Shown: positions 24,228-38,336, counted from the first letter of the whole stretch. The stretch is 63,690 bases of DNA, filler included, from Dugesia japonica (GCA_001938525.1; 5 parts of 5 records of this genome joined end to end with filler, not necessarily neighbours in it), one strand, 5' to 3'. Notes: generated from the sequence alone by a model not told the origin. Numbers and translations are program-made.

Positions 24228-25217
24228 CAGCGACGGATCCAAAAATTTTTCATGTGGGGGATTCAAAAAAATAATTATTTAAATAATTATGTATAAATTT
24301 ATTATTTAATCGAGCGGGAATTAAATTCTTGGTTTAAATAAAGTGAAATTAATGATTTTTTTGTTTAAATTTACTTAAATTAATTTTTAATAAATTTTCA
24401 CGGAAATCCAGTAGAAAAGTGCATAATGTTTAAATATTTAATTTCTTAAAAATAAAATTTAATATTTTCAAAATGAAGACCAAAAATGTACTTATTTTAA
24501 TTTTTATTAGGGTTAAAAATTTCAAAAATTTAATTTTTCGATTTTATCTTCTTTAGGAGTTGTGATTAAATAAATTGAATAAATCAATCACAACTCTTGA
24601 AGAAGAAGATAAACTCGAACATTTGGGGAATTAAGTTAAATTTTTGAAACCTTAATAAAAATGTTTTAAAAACCTTTTTTGATCTAAGCCTTAGCTTATT
24701 TTCTTAATTTGGAAAATATTTAATTTTATCATTCAGAGATCAATGGTTAAAAATTGTAAGAATAGCACAGGTAAAAATCACCAAAACGTATTCCTGAGGA
24801 AATAATTCAAAATAGCAATTAAAAACAAACAAGTACAATTTCTATATAAGGTTAATTTTTTTTATAAAACTTATTTAATTTATAATTTTTAGTATTTAAT
24901 ATTTTACAGATTATATATCGATCCTAAATTACTAAACCAAAATTCCAAACCGAATTTCTAAACCACTTTGTAATCGGGGGATGNGGTTTAGTGCACCACT
25001 ATCTATCTACTTTATTTTTAATCTACAATTATTTTTATCTTATTCATTTCGACTTTTTGATGCAAAGTTGTTTTTAATTATTTCTTCTTTACTTTCTCAT
25101 ACTACTATTCTAATATTTACGTGGATAGTCGTTCCTTATCATTATATAACGTTTTTAAAATCCGGTTATGGGGGGGGGCGGTCGTCCCGATTGCACCCCC
25201 CTGTGGATCCGTTCTTG
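24228..25217. mobile_element. Non-autonomous hAT element containing a degenerate hammerhead-repeat pair (24536-24620)
   Basis: Imperfect TIR CAGCGACGGATCCA / TGGATCCGTTCTTG and perfect 8-bp TSD ATTTCATT. Confidence 0.75.
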
Positions 25218-26199
25218 ATTTCATTTGGGTCTTGTTTATTAGTTTGTATGGATTCCAGACCTTCATGTTCAATTATTAAATTTGAACCCGATTTACAAGG
25301 ATTTACATTTTCATAATTCAAAACCTAACCTGCCATCAACTTTCCTTTATTTTGCTGCTCTATGGTGGCGTACTTTTTGATAGTGAATCTACTTTTGCTG
25401 GGTTATATTTCACTTCTACCAAATATTTTTTATTTTGAATTTTATTAATAAATTTGATTTCGTCAGATTTTAAGTGGCCGACCAGTAATAAATATATTTA
25501 CTAGTACTTATATTTCTGTAATAAAGTGGATGCTATTTATTAAATTCTCCTTTACACTCAGAATTAAATTCTCCCGAACACACATCTCCTGTAATAATTA
25601 TTTTATATTTAGTCCAAGACTCTTTGCGACCTAAAAAAAGAGGTATTATCAAAATAATTATTTACCTATCTGTACTTTTATAGTCCAATTACCCTTTGTT
25701 TAATTTGTCATCCATGCGCAGAAGGCAACATTATCCTATTGTTGGTAAAAGCTCTATCAGTTAAGAATTAAAATAGTGGGCTGTGGTAAAACTAATTAGT
25801 GTTTATTATATCAAAGCAACTGTTAATTTTCTTTTGATTTTTTAAATTTATCGTCTTCTCCTAGTCAAATTTCTTCAAATTCTCCTTTGTTTTTGATTTT
25901 GTTAGTATAATTAATGAATGGCCCTATTTTTTAAAATATTTAATAGTCACTAAAAATTGCAGTGGTGTAAAAACATTAACACACGCACATAATTACAATT
26001 AATGGTAATATTTTGTAGTATTTTACAATTAATTCGTTAAAACCAATTTTCAAAATAAAGTTACACTAAAATTTTCATTTGTTTATTTACCATTTTACGG
26101 CTCGTAGGTCGGTTATAAAATAACANNNNNNNNNNNNNNNNNNNNNNNNNNNNNNNNNNNNTTTTTTATCAGATTTAAGCTGTATAATTCAGATTAAAT

Positions 26200-26640
26200 T
26201 AATAAGTATTTTAAATTAATCTGCGATTAGTTGCTGAAACGACAAATAAACCACCCATATTTTGAAGCAATTATTTACAGGTGATAAAAAACCGATTGTT
26301 TACGATAACATGGCGCGTAGAAGGTCAAGGGGTCTCAGTTACAATTTACTACAAACCATATCAATGGCAGGATTTCACCCATAAAAGATAATGCTATTAG
26401 TTTGGTGAGATTTTTTAGGTTTCATCTACTATGAGCAGTTACCATCTGGCACAACAATTCATGCAAATATACACTACTCGCAAATAACGGAATTGAACAA
26501 GGAAATCAATGAAAAGTATCCAGATTTGGAAAATTGCAAGGGCATTGTCTTTCATGCTCGGCTCAATATATATCATTGGTCGCTCGGAAAAACAATAATG
26601 AATCTTGGATTGGATTTATTTGTCTCATCCATCAAAAAAA
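26200..26640 (+). mobile_element. Mariner (DD34D-type) transposase fragment
   Basis: TGDKKPIVYDN, FHP*KIMLLVW*D, YYEQLPSGTTI, KGIVFH. Confidence 0.8.
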
Positions 26641-27650
26641 AAATTTTATTTGAAATAAATAAATTAAATAAAAATAAATCTTTTTTAAAAATATGAAAAT
26701 TCAATTAAATGTGTTGATTAATTTTCTTTTAAAAAAATCAAATTTATTATCTTTATTTTTGTGTTTTAATAAATTTTCAATGGATTCAACGTATGAATAG
26801 ATTCAACGATGAATATCTTAGGCTCATCTAACAATTTTAACATAATATTTATCCAGTAATTAAAGTAAACTTGAAAAATAATTTTTCCACAAATATTATT
26901 CGTGAAAAGTATGATCTTATTTAGTGAGTTATTTTTTTTTAAATATTTCTTTTTAAAAAAAAATTAAATTTAATGAACTATAATAATTTTTAACATTTTA
27001 AATTGTATGTAAATTAAGAAATAATTATTATTATTTTTTTAATTTCTACTCTCCTTTAAAAATAACTCGTAATTTTATTTTTTAAAAATTGCTTTATTTG
27101 ATTTCTAGATTAATTTAAATAAATAATAAAAACAGATTCTATTATCTCACTTTACTTAACGACAAAGATAGATTTCAATTTATCTACAAAGAATTGAATC
27201 GCGGAGCCGTCGCAAGAAGATTATTAAATATTTATAAAAAATATCATCAAATTAAAATGTCACTCATGTAATAATTGATTATTTGTTACACGACAATTGC
27301 ATGCATTATCTTCTTCAACATTGCGTCTACAAGATTGACACATCAATTCACATATCTCATTATAAGTATTNNNNNNNNNNNNNNNNNNNNNNNNNNNNNN
27401 NNNNNNNNNNNNNNTTAATTAATTAANNNNNNNNNNNNNNNNNNNNNNNNNNNNNNNNNNNNNNNNNNNNAACACTTGTAGCGAGAACCAAACATGTTTT
27501 GAGAAAAGTAAAATTATATTCTTATACAGAATTTAATTACAAGTTCATCCAAATTAAATTCCGAAAATTAAAATTTTCAAACTCCCCGACCAAAAATTTG
27601 ACAAATCAAAATCGAAAATATTTTCATGTATTTATATCGGTCAATAAAAT

Positions 27651-27736
27651 TGCTTAAATTTTCAGCACAGTTTTTTCAGCACTATTTTTATCGAACAATC
27701 AAAATGCTTAAATTTTCAGCACAGTTTTTCAGCACA
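27651..27736. repeat. Short direct repeat, about 31 bp x2
   Basis: TGCTTAAATTTTCAGCACAGTTTTT(T)CAGCAC occurs twice. Confidence 0.7.
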
Positions 27737-29759
27737 GTATAGCTTAGATTTGCGCTACTATCTAACTACTATCATCATTGATTACCAAATGATTATTCAG
27801 TTAATATTTTAATCTGTTCATCACTTATTCCATATAGTCAGCTTTATAATTCAGACTGAATATATACTTTAAAACCAATAACTGGTTAATTATTTACATA
27901 TTTTCAATTTAATATAGAAAAGTCCTTTGAAAATAGACCTAATGTACCTACTTAACCAATTAATCATCTACTTGGAACATATAAATTCATTCAATCATTA
28001 AAATTTCTAACCAATTATTCATGAATTTATTATTAACCTTTCAAGTTAATTAATTAATTAAATCTTTACAGAGATTTTATTCAATCAAAGTAATAATTGT
28101 AATTAATTAAAGTAATTAATGAAAAATTTATGAAGTTTTAAAATTAATTAAACAGTACATTTACTATTTGTGAAGAGAAAAGACATGCAAACAACGGAAG
28201 AAAACCAGTGCACAGTGAGCAAAGCTTTAATGTCCAGTGCACAAAGCATTAATGACTGAGGACTAATGAACAATGAGAAAAGACCAATGAAGAGTAATTT
28301 ATCACCTAAAAGAGTCAAAATCAATTAAAAAGTAGACCTTATTTGATATGAATTTTGACTGAGAGCATCTAATTTTAACATTAATACTGTTTTGAATCAT
28401 TCATTATTTAACATTACTAGAAAACAACCTATATAAAGTACTTANNNNNNNNNNNNNNNNNNNNNNNNNNNNNNNNNNNNATTTTTTCGAAGTTTTTCGA
28501 ATATTTAATGTTGGATTCAAATACACTGATTGATCATTTATTTTACACTTTAGTTTTTAATTTTATATCATTCTTTATAAAGATTGATGGCTTTTATCCG
28601 TAATAATAATGATTAGCGAAAAATTTTCATGGATTGTATGGTTCAATAATTAGAATCTTAGATGGAAGCTAATCAATAATGGGTTCAAATCATACTATTG
28701 TCGACGTATTTTCGCTTTGTTTTTTAATTTTATTTCACATAGGATAAAGATTGGGTATTTGTAACCATGTTTTTCTAACTTAGCGAAAACTTCTCTATCG
28801 AATAGATACTTTGATGTTTAAATTTGAGTTACTTTCTATTTTTTCAAAAATCAATGGTTTATAGTTGGATANTACAATTAATCAGTCAGCAACCCATTAT
28901 AAGTACTTGTTTTTAATTTATTTCATTAATAATAAAGTTTGACGATTTTTATCTTTATTAATAATGATTTTAAATATTTGTATATTTGTAAATATTTGTA
29001 TATTTGTAAATATTTGTAAATATTTCAATTACTTTATGGTCCAGCGATTATATCAGTTCTTTTACAGTTCATCAGTGGTGGTTCGATTCCTATGAAAAAG
29101 CTTGTTGATGATAAAAATTGAGTCACTTTTGTTTTTTCGAAAAAGTTAACAAATCTGGGTGGTCAGCTGTAAATCTTCGTTATGAAGAATTTTTCCCGAG
29201 GCAATAATTTAACTTTGTACAGTCACTTTTTTTCCTCTTGAGTTTAATGACGCAAAATTTGAGTCCATAAGAGTTATGTAAGCAAAGAAAATTGAGCACC
29301 ACAATTCAAAGTTTGAGTTTTCACCACAAAACATAATTTATTTCATCCTAGATAAACATTGGCGATTTTAGATTTATATATTTGGAATTACCAAAAAATT
29401 CTCTATCTAATAGATATAGTGATTACAAGTTTCGAGAAGAAACAAGTTTTTCAAAAAATTTTTATTTGTGAAAAATAATCTCCATCGAATTTTCCATCGG
29501 TTGATATAAAAATCTGGACAAAAAGTTTTCAAAAAATTGCAAAATTTTGAATGTTCTTCCTACAGAAATTTCCTTTAAAAATTTNNNNNNNNNNNNNNNN
29601 NNNNNNNNNNNNNNNNNNNNNNNNNNNNTATCACAAAAGTTCATTAAAATATACTATAAAATTAAATTAACTTGAAATTTTAAAATAATTCAATAAACTA
29701 TTGATAAATACGAGCAAAACTTATGCAATACACACATTTTTTTCCTCGACTAAATTCTG

Positions 29760-30480
29760 CATATTCGGAGACACTATGCAATTATTATGTAATACACACC
29801 AATGTGTGCCTTCGGCTATTTACATAACAAAAGTTATGTAATAATTTTACACAGGGGAGGAGGTGACTCGATGCGCACTTATCTATCCATTGAAATGGGC
29901 TGGAAAATTCATTTTACTTTTTTGCATTTTTCATAATTCTTTGATCATTTCACTTTCAAATGTTTTATATCTGTCTGTGTTAATTATTTTAGGTGATCCA
30001 TATTTTTAAATCCATTGATTTCTAACTATTGATGCTGTAGTTTTTCGTTTTGATTGTGAACTGCATGTAATGATACATTTGCTATACTGATAAATAATGC
30101 CAAGTATAAATTTTTTATTATATATATTGTTTCAGAAAGGTCCACAAAAACCAATGAAAATTAATTCAAATATCTGTGTTTCATCTGGCGTTTTTATATT
30201 TTCTTTTGATTTACCTGTAAACACTTTCCTTTTCTGACAATTTTTACAACTTTTTACAATATATATTATTACATTTGTCAAGTTTTTCATATTAAAATTA
30301 TTTTCCATATACTTTTCAAGCTTCTTTATGTCCCGTATGACAAAATGTCTTGTGACAGATTAAAACCCATACTTCTTACTTTTTCAACTTTTAAATTTTC
30401 TATTTTTACGTATTTTATTGTTTTAATTAACTCATTTATTATATATCTGTCAATCATTTCAAATGTAAAATTGCTCCTAT
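29760..30480 (-). mobile_element. Gypsy integrase remnant
   Basis: VKSCKNCQK, IGFCGPF, WI*KYGSPKIINTDR, FSSPF. Confidence 0.75.
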
Positions 30481-30724
30481 ATTTGTATTTATTATGCGAT
30501 GACGACAAGTGAAATATCTTTTGATGCGTAATAAAACGACGGATATTTCTACGATGGATTTAAAAATGATTAATCAATATTTCTATCGATAATTATCAAA
30601 AACGGCTACAGCGAAGTTTTTCCATTACATAAATGACTTTATCATACCAATAGATCGAAAATTAAAACCTACCTATATATTGTTTAAAGAACTAATATCG
30701 ATTAACATTGTTTTAATAAATTGT

Positions 30725-30838
30725 TATAATTACAATTATTGCGGGAATAATTGTTGGACGTAACAATTGATCGTTTTTGAAGTTTCGATCAAATTGGTTT
30801 TTGATAATAATTCTAATTTTCGACTTTGTCTTCTTTCA
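30725..30838 (-). repeat. Further copy of the hammerhead-bearing repeat family, core partly lost
   Basis: ATTATTGCGGGAATAATTGTTGGAC...TTCGATCAAA...TTTCGACTTTGTCTTC. Confidence 0.65.
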
Positions 30839-31147
30839 TTTTAATTTAATTTAGGTGGGATCGTGTTCCATCAGAATTATTACCTTAGTGATCAAGCCAC
30901 ACCGTTTTAAAATCTTTTAATAATTATTTATTTTACATAAACAAACTAAATAAAATTAAAAAATAAAACTTTTTAGTTAAAGGTTAAGATAATGATTTAT
31001 CATTGTTTCTAGTGTTAAAATAATTGATTCTTTTCAATAAAATCTTTACAACACTGTAATATTTACTATTGAAACACAAAAATCGAAATTTAAATTTAAT
31101 TATTTATAACTTTATCATGCAGTCTGGTATTTAAATTATCTTCATGG

Positions 31148-32648
31148 TTAATCCAAAAGAAGTTCAAATTCTTTACTATGTTGCCCTGATTGAAGACATG
31201 TAATTCCAATTAAAGGATGATTAGTATCTTTCAAGTAGTTCTAATTTAAAATAAATAAGTAATGTAAACCCAAATATTACATGCGCATATGCCATTGCAT
31301 TCTTCTTTTCCTCTTGAGAAGCACCAGCTCCGACGTAAACAAACATATGTTTTCCATTATCAATCATGAAAACATCCTAAAATTAATTGGTTTACAATTT
31401 ATTTCATTTAATATATTTTTACATTATCTTTCAACATAGATTTTGGAGCTTTACCTTCTGAAAGAAGAGAAAACGTCATTTTACCTGTTTCATCGGATAA
31501 CCTAAATTTTTTAAATTTTAAAACTTTTTAAAAATTAAAATACCTGTACATACATTTTGAAATAACTAAATCTTCATGTTTTTTCTTGGTAATTGGTACA
31601 TCAGGCAATAATTTGTAGATTTTATGCTTAATCATATATCAGACTGGAATCACTTAAATTTTTATCTTACGTTTGTTGGCATATCTTCTTCATCTAGTAC
31701 CTCAGTTTTACAACGACCATTTCTTTCTGATTCTAATTGTTGTAGAAATTGTGCAGCCTTGACAATTAATTAATTATACAAATAAAAATTTTAAATATTA
31801 CTTGCACTTTCTCATTTTTATTTGACAATTTGCCATTCCACTGAAAAGCTTCAAGGCCATTGTCCAAAATGAAGACATCTCCTGAAATTAAGGCATTTTT
31901 TGAAAATTTCACTTCTACTAATTCAACATGTTTTTGATCAGCACAATGAAAATGCAGCAATCTCGGTTCATATTTATCAGGTGCAACATGTTTAAAGCCA
32001 CTTTCACATCCACCTTTCATTATACTGAAATATTTGAAATTAGTATTTATTCTTCAAAAGTAATTACGTTATAACGGGGAAATAGGATTTAAAAAGATCA
32101 GATTCAAATCCTTGAACTTCTCTATGCTGAATAGCTTTATCATCTAGATAGGTATCTAATTCAACAGTTTTATACGCTGCTGTTCCATATTCATCCTGCG
32201 AAAATTGAAAATTCAATTTTCTTGAAAAAAGTTTTAATTTACCTGTGTACTTCGCTTTCCTATCCAAAAATGAACATCATAGAACAACTCTGGGCTATTT
32301 TCCTCTTTTTTAATTTTTAAAATTATGTAGGAATCTCCATTGAAAAATTTTCCGTAATCTTCTTTTGGCCAATTTACTACTTTAAATTTCTAAAGTAATA
32401 TAAATTGTTCATAAATTGTTAATATAAATTGTTTACCTCAATTCTCCATATAAAGAGACTCGGTGCACTAGCAGTTTTAACTGTAGACCACGCTTTTTCT
32501 GTACCAGATGAGGTTTCTAAATAACAAAGCAATCAAAATTAAATATAATACAGTTTGCCATTGCTTAACTTTTAACTAATTTATCAGTTTCCGATCCAAA
32601 TAAAGCTAGATTGGAATCTTTCCAATCATATTTCTTTTGTTTTATCAT
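31148..32648 (-). CDS. Three-domain gelsolin/severin-like actin-severing protein; 10 coding exons (32648-32570, 32516-32437, 32389-32243, 32195-32068, 32024-31802, 31757-31671, 31626-31544, 31501-31423, 31376-31281, 31240-31148)
   Basis: [79 protein letters not shown]. Splice phases are consistent and no stops were seen. Confidence 0.95.
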
Positions 32649-34167
32649 TCTGACAGTGAAATGTTCTGAATAAAATGAAAAAGCATAAGTCCATGTATTA
32701 CTACAATTTAAATTTTAATTACTATTTTGTAAGTTATAAAACTTTTATTCCCGAATGCATTTTAAATAGTTACAATAAAATTAGTCATCAATGAAACTTA
32801 CTTTAGGCAAAGCTTGATATTTAAAATTTTCGCAGTAATTTTCTGGATTTTATACTTGGAAAAAATCAATACTTAAACACCAGTTAAATAATTAATTTGT
32901 TCTAATCAGATGATAAATATCAAACACATTTTCCACTTATACAGTTACTAAAATGCAGTTCTAAACATGCATGTAGTTTATGTCATCGTGTCTCTTGTAT
33001 TGATTTCATTTAAACCAATTTTACGTTACTTAGTTTGTATGTAGATGACTAAATTTATTTGTGCTGAAAAATCCGAAAACAGGAAAATTATATTTTAAAT
33101 CTATCGCTTTGTTTCAAAACTTATTATTTTTTTTATACAAACCGTTAGAATCTCAATGATATGTAACTGCATTTTGAACTGAAATTATTTCAAAATTAGT
33201 TAAAAATAGTAATTAAAACTTTAAGTAAAAAATCTTTTGTTGTATGGTACCAATCATTGTTTTTCAAAAAATTAGATTCATTCTTTAAATGGTGCCGCAT
33301 TTCTTTGGTTCTTTGAGAAAAATTAAATTGATTTTTGGAATTAAGGTCAGTGATAAATTTTTAAAATTCATTTTATTAAATCGGAAGATTTATATCTTGA
33401 ANTATTCATTCTTAAAATAATAGACAATAAAACTTTCCTGTAATTATATTTAACTATGTATTAATTGGCTTTATTCCATAAAAGTTACAATTTAATAAAA
33501 TTAAAACAACTGACCATTTTCGATTTCTAGTTTCACTGAAAAAACTGACAAGTCTTTGTATTGATCTCTGATTTTTTAATATTTAAATTTTATTATGCTC
33601 AACTTCGTGAGTTTTTATTTGATTATTAAATTATAATAATAGAAAAATAATTTAATTTTTAAAATATATTAAAAATACAAACATAAATATATGACAACAC
33701 GATACTCACATAATACAAAAAATGACCCAAAAATAATAGAAATTAATTAACACTTTTGAGATAATTAATAAAATATAATCAAAATTATAATCAAATATAA
33801 TCAAAATAAAATTTTAATTATTATAAACTATAATCAAAATACAACTAAATTATAATAAAAATCAAAATAATAGAACCCGATAAATACAATAAAATTGAAA
33901 ATAATAATTAAAATTTATAATCAAATTAAAAAATTAAAATGTCAAATTAAAGATTAATTACCCATAATTAAAATTCAAAATGTTAAATAAATAAACATTT
34001 ATCATCACTGTTTTTGACATTAATAATTGCTTGTTTCGTTAAAAGATTTTCAGGCGTTGGAATATAACTGCGACCTGACAATCTAATTATTTTGCTTATT
34101 TTAGTCAATTTGAAATTTATTTTATATTTTATATATTTTATATATTTTATTTTATAAATTTATTTTA

Positions 34168-34530
34168 AAGGGATACCATCACAGAACTGAAATCAAAAAG
34201 AAAATCTACAGAATTGGTCTCGGATTGAAATCTCAAACTGAAGCAGCAGAAGGCATTATTGGAAATATCAAAGGAAATGTCAGCACTGATTATGATTTGA
34301 CCGTTAAAAACATGACACCAATGGGTGGTTTCCCACATTACGGTGAAGTTATGAACGATTTCATTATGATTAGAGGCAGCTGCATGGGTACAGAAAGAGA
34401 TTGATCACTTTAAGAAAATCATTAATGACTACTACTAAGCTAAGATCAACAGAAGAAATTCTTCTTAAATTCATTGATACCTCCTCCAAATTTGGTCATA
34501 GAAGATTCCAAACATCTGAGGAGAAGAAAC
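34168..34530 (+). pseudogene. RPL3: 60S ribosomal protein L3 (uL3) C-terminal fragment, frameshifted
   Basis: [58 protein letters not shown]. Frameshift near 34398; truncated before the normal C-terminus. Confidence 0.93.
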
Positions 34531-34532
34531 AG

Positions 34533-35010
34533 AGAAGATTCCAGCTACTTCCTATTTCGCTTCTTACAACAATCTTCTCGTTCAATACTTGAATTCCCTC
34601 TTCGAAAAACTTTTCACTATTAGCACTATTAGATAAATGATAAGTTTTTATTTCACGATCTCTTATGAACTCAACATGAATTCCAAATTGGATTTTTATA
34701 TTCTCCATTTCTTCAATTATTTTAAAAAGTTTTTCTGGTAAAATTATCTCTCTCATGTTAAATCTTGAATCATCTAATTTCAAGATCTGATGACATTTAA
34801 ACAAGTCGGTTTCAATAATAGATTTTTCTAAAGAACAACCAACTTGTGCTTCTTCTTGCAAATATTTTTGCAAAACTTCTCCATCATTTTCAGCATCAAG
34901 ATCCTCTTCATTTAGTTCTTCAATTATTTGAATATTATTTCAGTCCATTTCTTTATTAACAATCTCTGATTTGATAAAACTGGCTCATTCTTAATCATTT
35001 CTTCTTCATC
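34533..35010 (-). mobile_element. Probable N-terminal fragment of a Polinton protein-primed DNA polymerase ORF
   Basis: IKIQFGIHVEF...[17 protein letters not shown] resembles the GSGWxL region that precedes the exonuclease domain in Polinton pPolB. Confidence 0.5.
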
Positions 35011-35039
35011 TTCAATAACAATCACTTCTGGATTGAATT

Positions 35040-38000
35040 TGATAGCGATTATTATTTCTTTGGAAAACGACAGAGACTAGGAGTTGTACTAAATTACGTA
35101 TAAGTAAAGGATCAGAGATTATGTAAGGCAAACTATAAAAATCAACGATCAGATGGGAATATCGCGAAAGATGATATTTACAAACAAGAGAGTAGAAGCG
35201 AAATTGATATGGATATCCACAAACTGGAGGATGACAGTTTGGAAATAACAAAAAATTTAATAAATATCAAAGTGACGACTAAAGACAATCTAGAAAAGAG
35301 GATAAATTGAACGAATGTCGAAGTGAAGAGGAGCGGCACTACACATCGGGAAACAGTAGAGTACGGAGAAACAGTAAAGCAAGGAAGCAATTATGGCTTT
35401 CAAGTTATGGAACAGGAAATCGAGAACTAATTTATTATTCAAATGATGAATTACAACAAATACGCCGACAACACGACTTTGAGGAACTCAAACGACGAAT
35501 ACGAGCTGAGCATGAGGCTAAATGAAAATCTTGTGGAGTGACAGATAACGAGATCATTGGAACAGTACTTCCGGATGATACGAATTTCAGTATGATCTCT
35601 GATAACAAGAAGATGAAGGACAAAGATACTAGAAATCTTGCACCAATGACGATGCCAGGTGGTAGAGTTGTACTTAAAAAGTTGAAAATCAATGGTAGAG
35701 AAATAGATTGCATGATAGATACTGGAGAGTGTAGATCAATAATCAATAAACAGATTTTGTATGACGTGGACCAAGCCAGAATGCGTAAAGATGGAATCAA
35801 AATGATAGCGGTAACTGGACAAGTTGCGAATACTGTGGGTGAGTTGGATTGTCGAGTACAATGCGGTATTACAAGAATTATGCAAAAAATGCAAGTAATA
35901 CAGAATTTAGTTTTTGATTGTATTATCGGATTAGATATGATGGGAAGATTGTTCCCTGGCGGCAAAATTAGACTTGAATTCATTTGACCAGCCGAAAAAA
36001 ATGAATCAGCGAGAAACCAGACAAATAGTGTACATTAAAGTAACAGAGGGTATTTATCAAGACAATGTTGGAAAGTCGGAAATAATTTAATGTGGTGTAT
36101 AAATTTGTTCGAGAAATATTGGCAGTAGTAAAGACCGTGAAACATTTTAATCAGTTAATACTTGGATATCCATTGGCAATTTACACAAGTCATCTGCCGA
36201 TAACAATGATTGGACAAAAGCCATTACGAGCAAACTAAATAGCAAGATGGACGATGAAACTGCAAGAATATGTGCCGTTAGTCAAATACAAAACCGGAAA
36301 AGTGAATTCCAATGCGGATTAAATGTCAAGGGTTAAATTTACAGACGAACCAGAAGAAGTTAAAGTGACATAAGGTGAAACCTACAACAATTAATGAATC
36401 GTGATATACAACTTCTGTGTATGATATTAGCAGAAAATGAACATTTCATTGGATTAAAAAAGAACCAAGATAAAGACGAGGAAGTAAAGATAATTATGGA
36501 GTATTTATCTCACTACGATTTGAGCAAAATGGATTGTAGTAAAGCCATGAAGGAACTTTTAAAGAAACGAGGTGGCAAATATACCTTAGTAAATGGGTGG
36601 TTAATGATGAAGGAAGGCGATCAACTGCTATTGGTAATACCAAAATGTGCTAAAACAAAACCACATACGTTTAAAAAGGGTGATATAGTACTGATCAATC
36701 CACCGACGATTGAAATTGGAACTACAGATAAATTAAAGAGACCAAATAAAGGACTTTTTCTCGTATTAGAAACTACAGCGACAAACTTAAAAGTGAAGGA
36801 AAACGGAAAGCCATTAAAGAAACCCAGTATTGTTCATGTGTAACGATATAAATTAGCAGCAACTGAAGTCGACGATAATAAAGAAAATGATGAGAAAGAA
36901 CAATGTAAACTTTTTAATGAAACAAAACTAATCGCAATACCAATAAATAAAGAGCTGATGTGAACAGCGTATTATCATTGTTTACGGACTGTGTGCGATG
37001 ACTTAGCCGAGTTAGAGAGAAATATCATTCGTGAGTCTACACATGTAGGAAGGAAAAAGTTTCGAATCAGTGGGTCGTAATGTGAGAAATGTGGTTAAGC
37101 ATCAATTATTTTACTAAGCATAACAAATGCGTACCAACAATGGTATAGAAGTTGTTTGAGCATTGCCCAAAGAGTCTTTACTACTGAGATTAGTCGTGTA
37201 CACAAGCACATAAATGGGTTGAAAACACCAGACCCCATGCGTTGAAATATAGAGCTGACTCCAGATGAAATTGGACAAAGTTTGAATTAAAGGATAATTT
37301 AAATGTCGGCGAGAATAGACGTGAGATACTTGATTGANATCATCCCTCGAAAAAGGGTGAAGTAAATAGCGAGAACCGAACATGCAATAATCCAAGATGC
37401 ATGATATTTGACATGAATGATCGTCATATGCCTAATAACGAAAAACTAATATGCGAATCGTACTTACTAAGAATTCAAATGATTACGACAAAAAAGCAGG
37501 AGCAGCTGAACTGAGAAAAAAATCATAGTAGGAGACGTCAGTTCGGTAATAGAAGAAACGAAAAATCAGCAATAAGTAATACGATGTAAAATCTGTCACA
37601 AAACCAAACCTACCACAGTGCCATTGAATAAAATGCTTATGAGCAGAGCGTATTTTCATTGTTTACAATCGACTTATGATATCTTAGTTTTGGTGGAGAA
37701 AAGTATCAATCATGAATCAATACGAAATAAGATTAACGAATTCGATCAATCATCATGCAATCAGTGCGATAAAATAACAATAGAGCTGACTAACAGCGCC
37801 GAATCCTATAAATAATGGTGTAGCATTTGTTTAAGTAAGGCAAAAGGAATAATTGGAAATTGGTTGGAGTGTTAACACATCCACATGAAGGGTTTAACAG
37901 CAGCAAATCCTATTAGACATAATATAGAATTAATTCTTGAAGAAATCTTACGAAAATTCGAATTAAATGATTAAATATTTATGAAAATAGGCGGGACATA

Positions 38001-38336
38001 CTTAATCACTATTATTCTTAAGTGACGGACGAATTAAAAATCGGAAATCGAAAATGCGATAATCAGAAATTTGGACGATTCAATATGAAAGGACTGATTC
38101 CACAAAATGGGTGGAAACCGTTGTGCCAACCGTGTCTTCTAGGTGTTCAAAGAGTTACTAGAACGAATCAGGAGTATTGGATCTTCAATAATCAAGCGAT
38201 ATTGAGTAATATGCACGAGATCGAATCGATGCCATGTGAAAAATGTAAAGCATGGAAGCACACCAGATTTTTAATTGCCAAAGACACTATCATAGAATTA
38301 TGCGATAAATGTTATCGGAAAACAAAGGAATATTAA
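35040..38336 (+). mobile_element. Internally deleted Gypsy-like element (gag remnant, aspartic protease, RNase H, integrase C-terminus) with a Cys/His-rich 3' extension
   Basis: CMIDTGE...DCIIGLD protease, LAVVKTVKHF and KSEFQCGL/NAD RNase H region, FKKGDIVLI...KGLFLV...VHV*RYK integrase tail. Confidence 0.85.

Noticed and set aside
35435-35983. 182-aa minus-strand ORF
   Set aside because: Antisense shadow of the Gypsy protease region.
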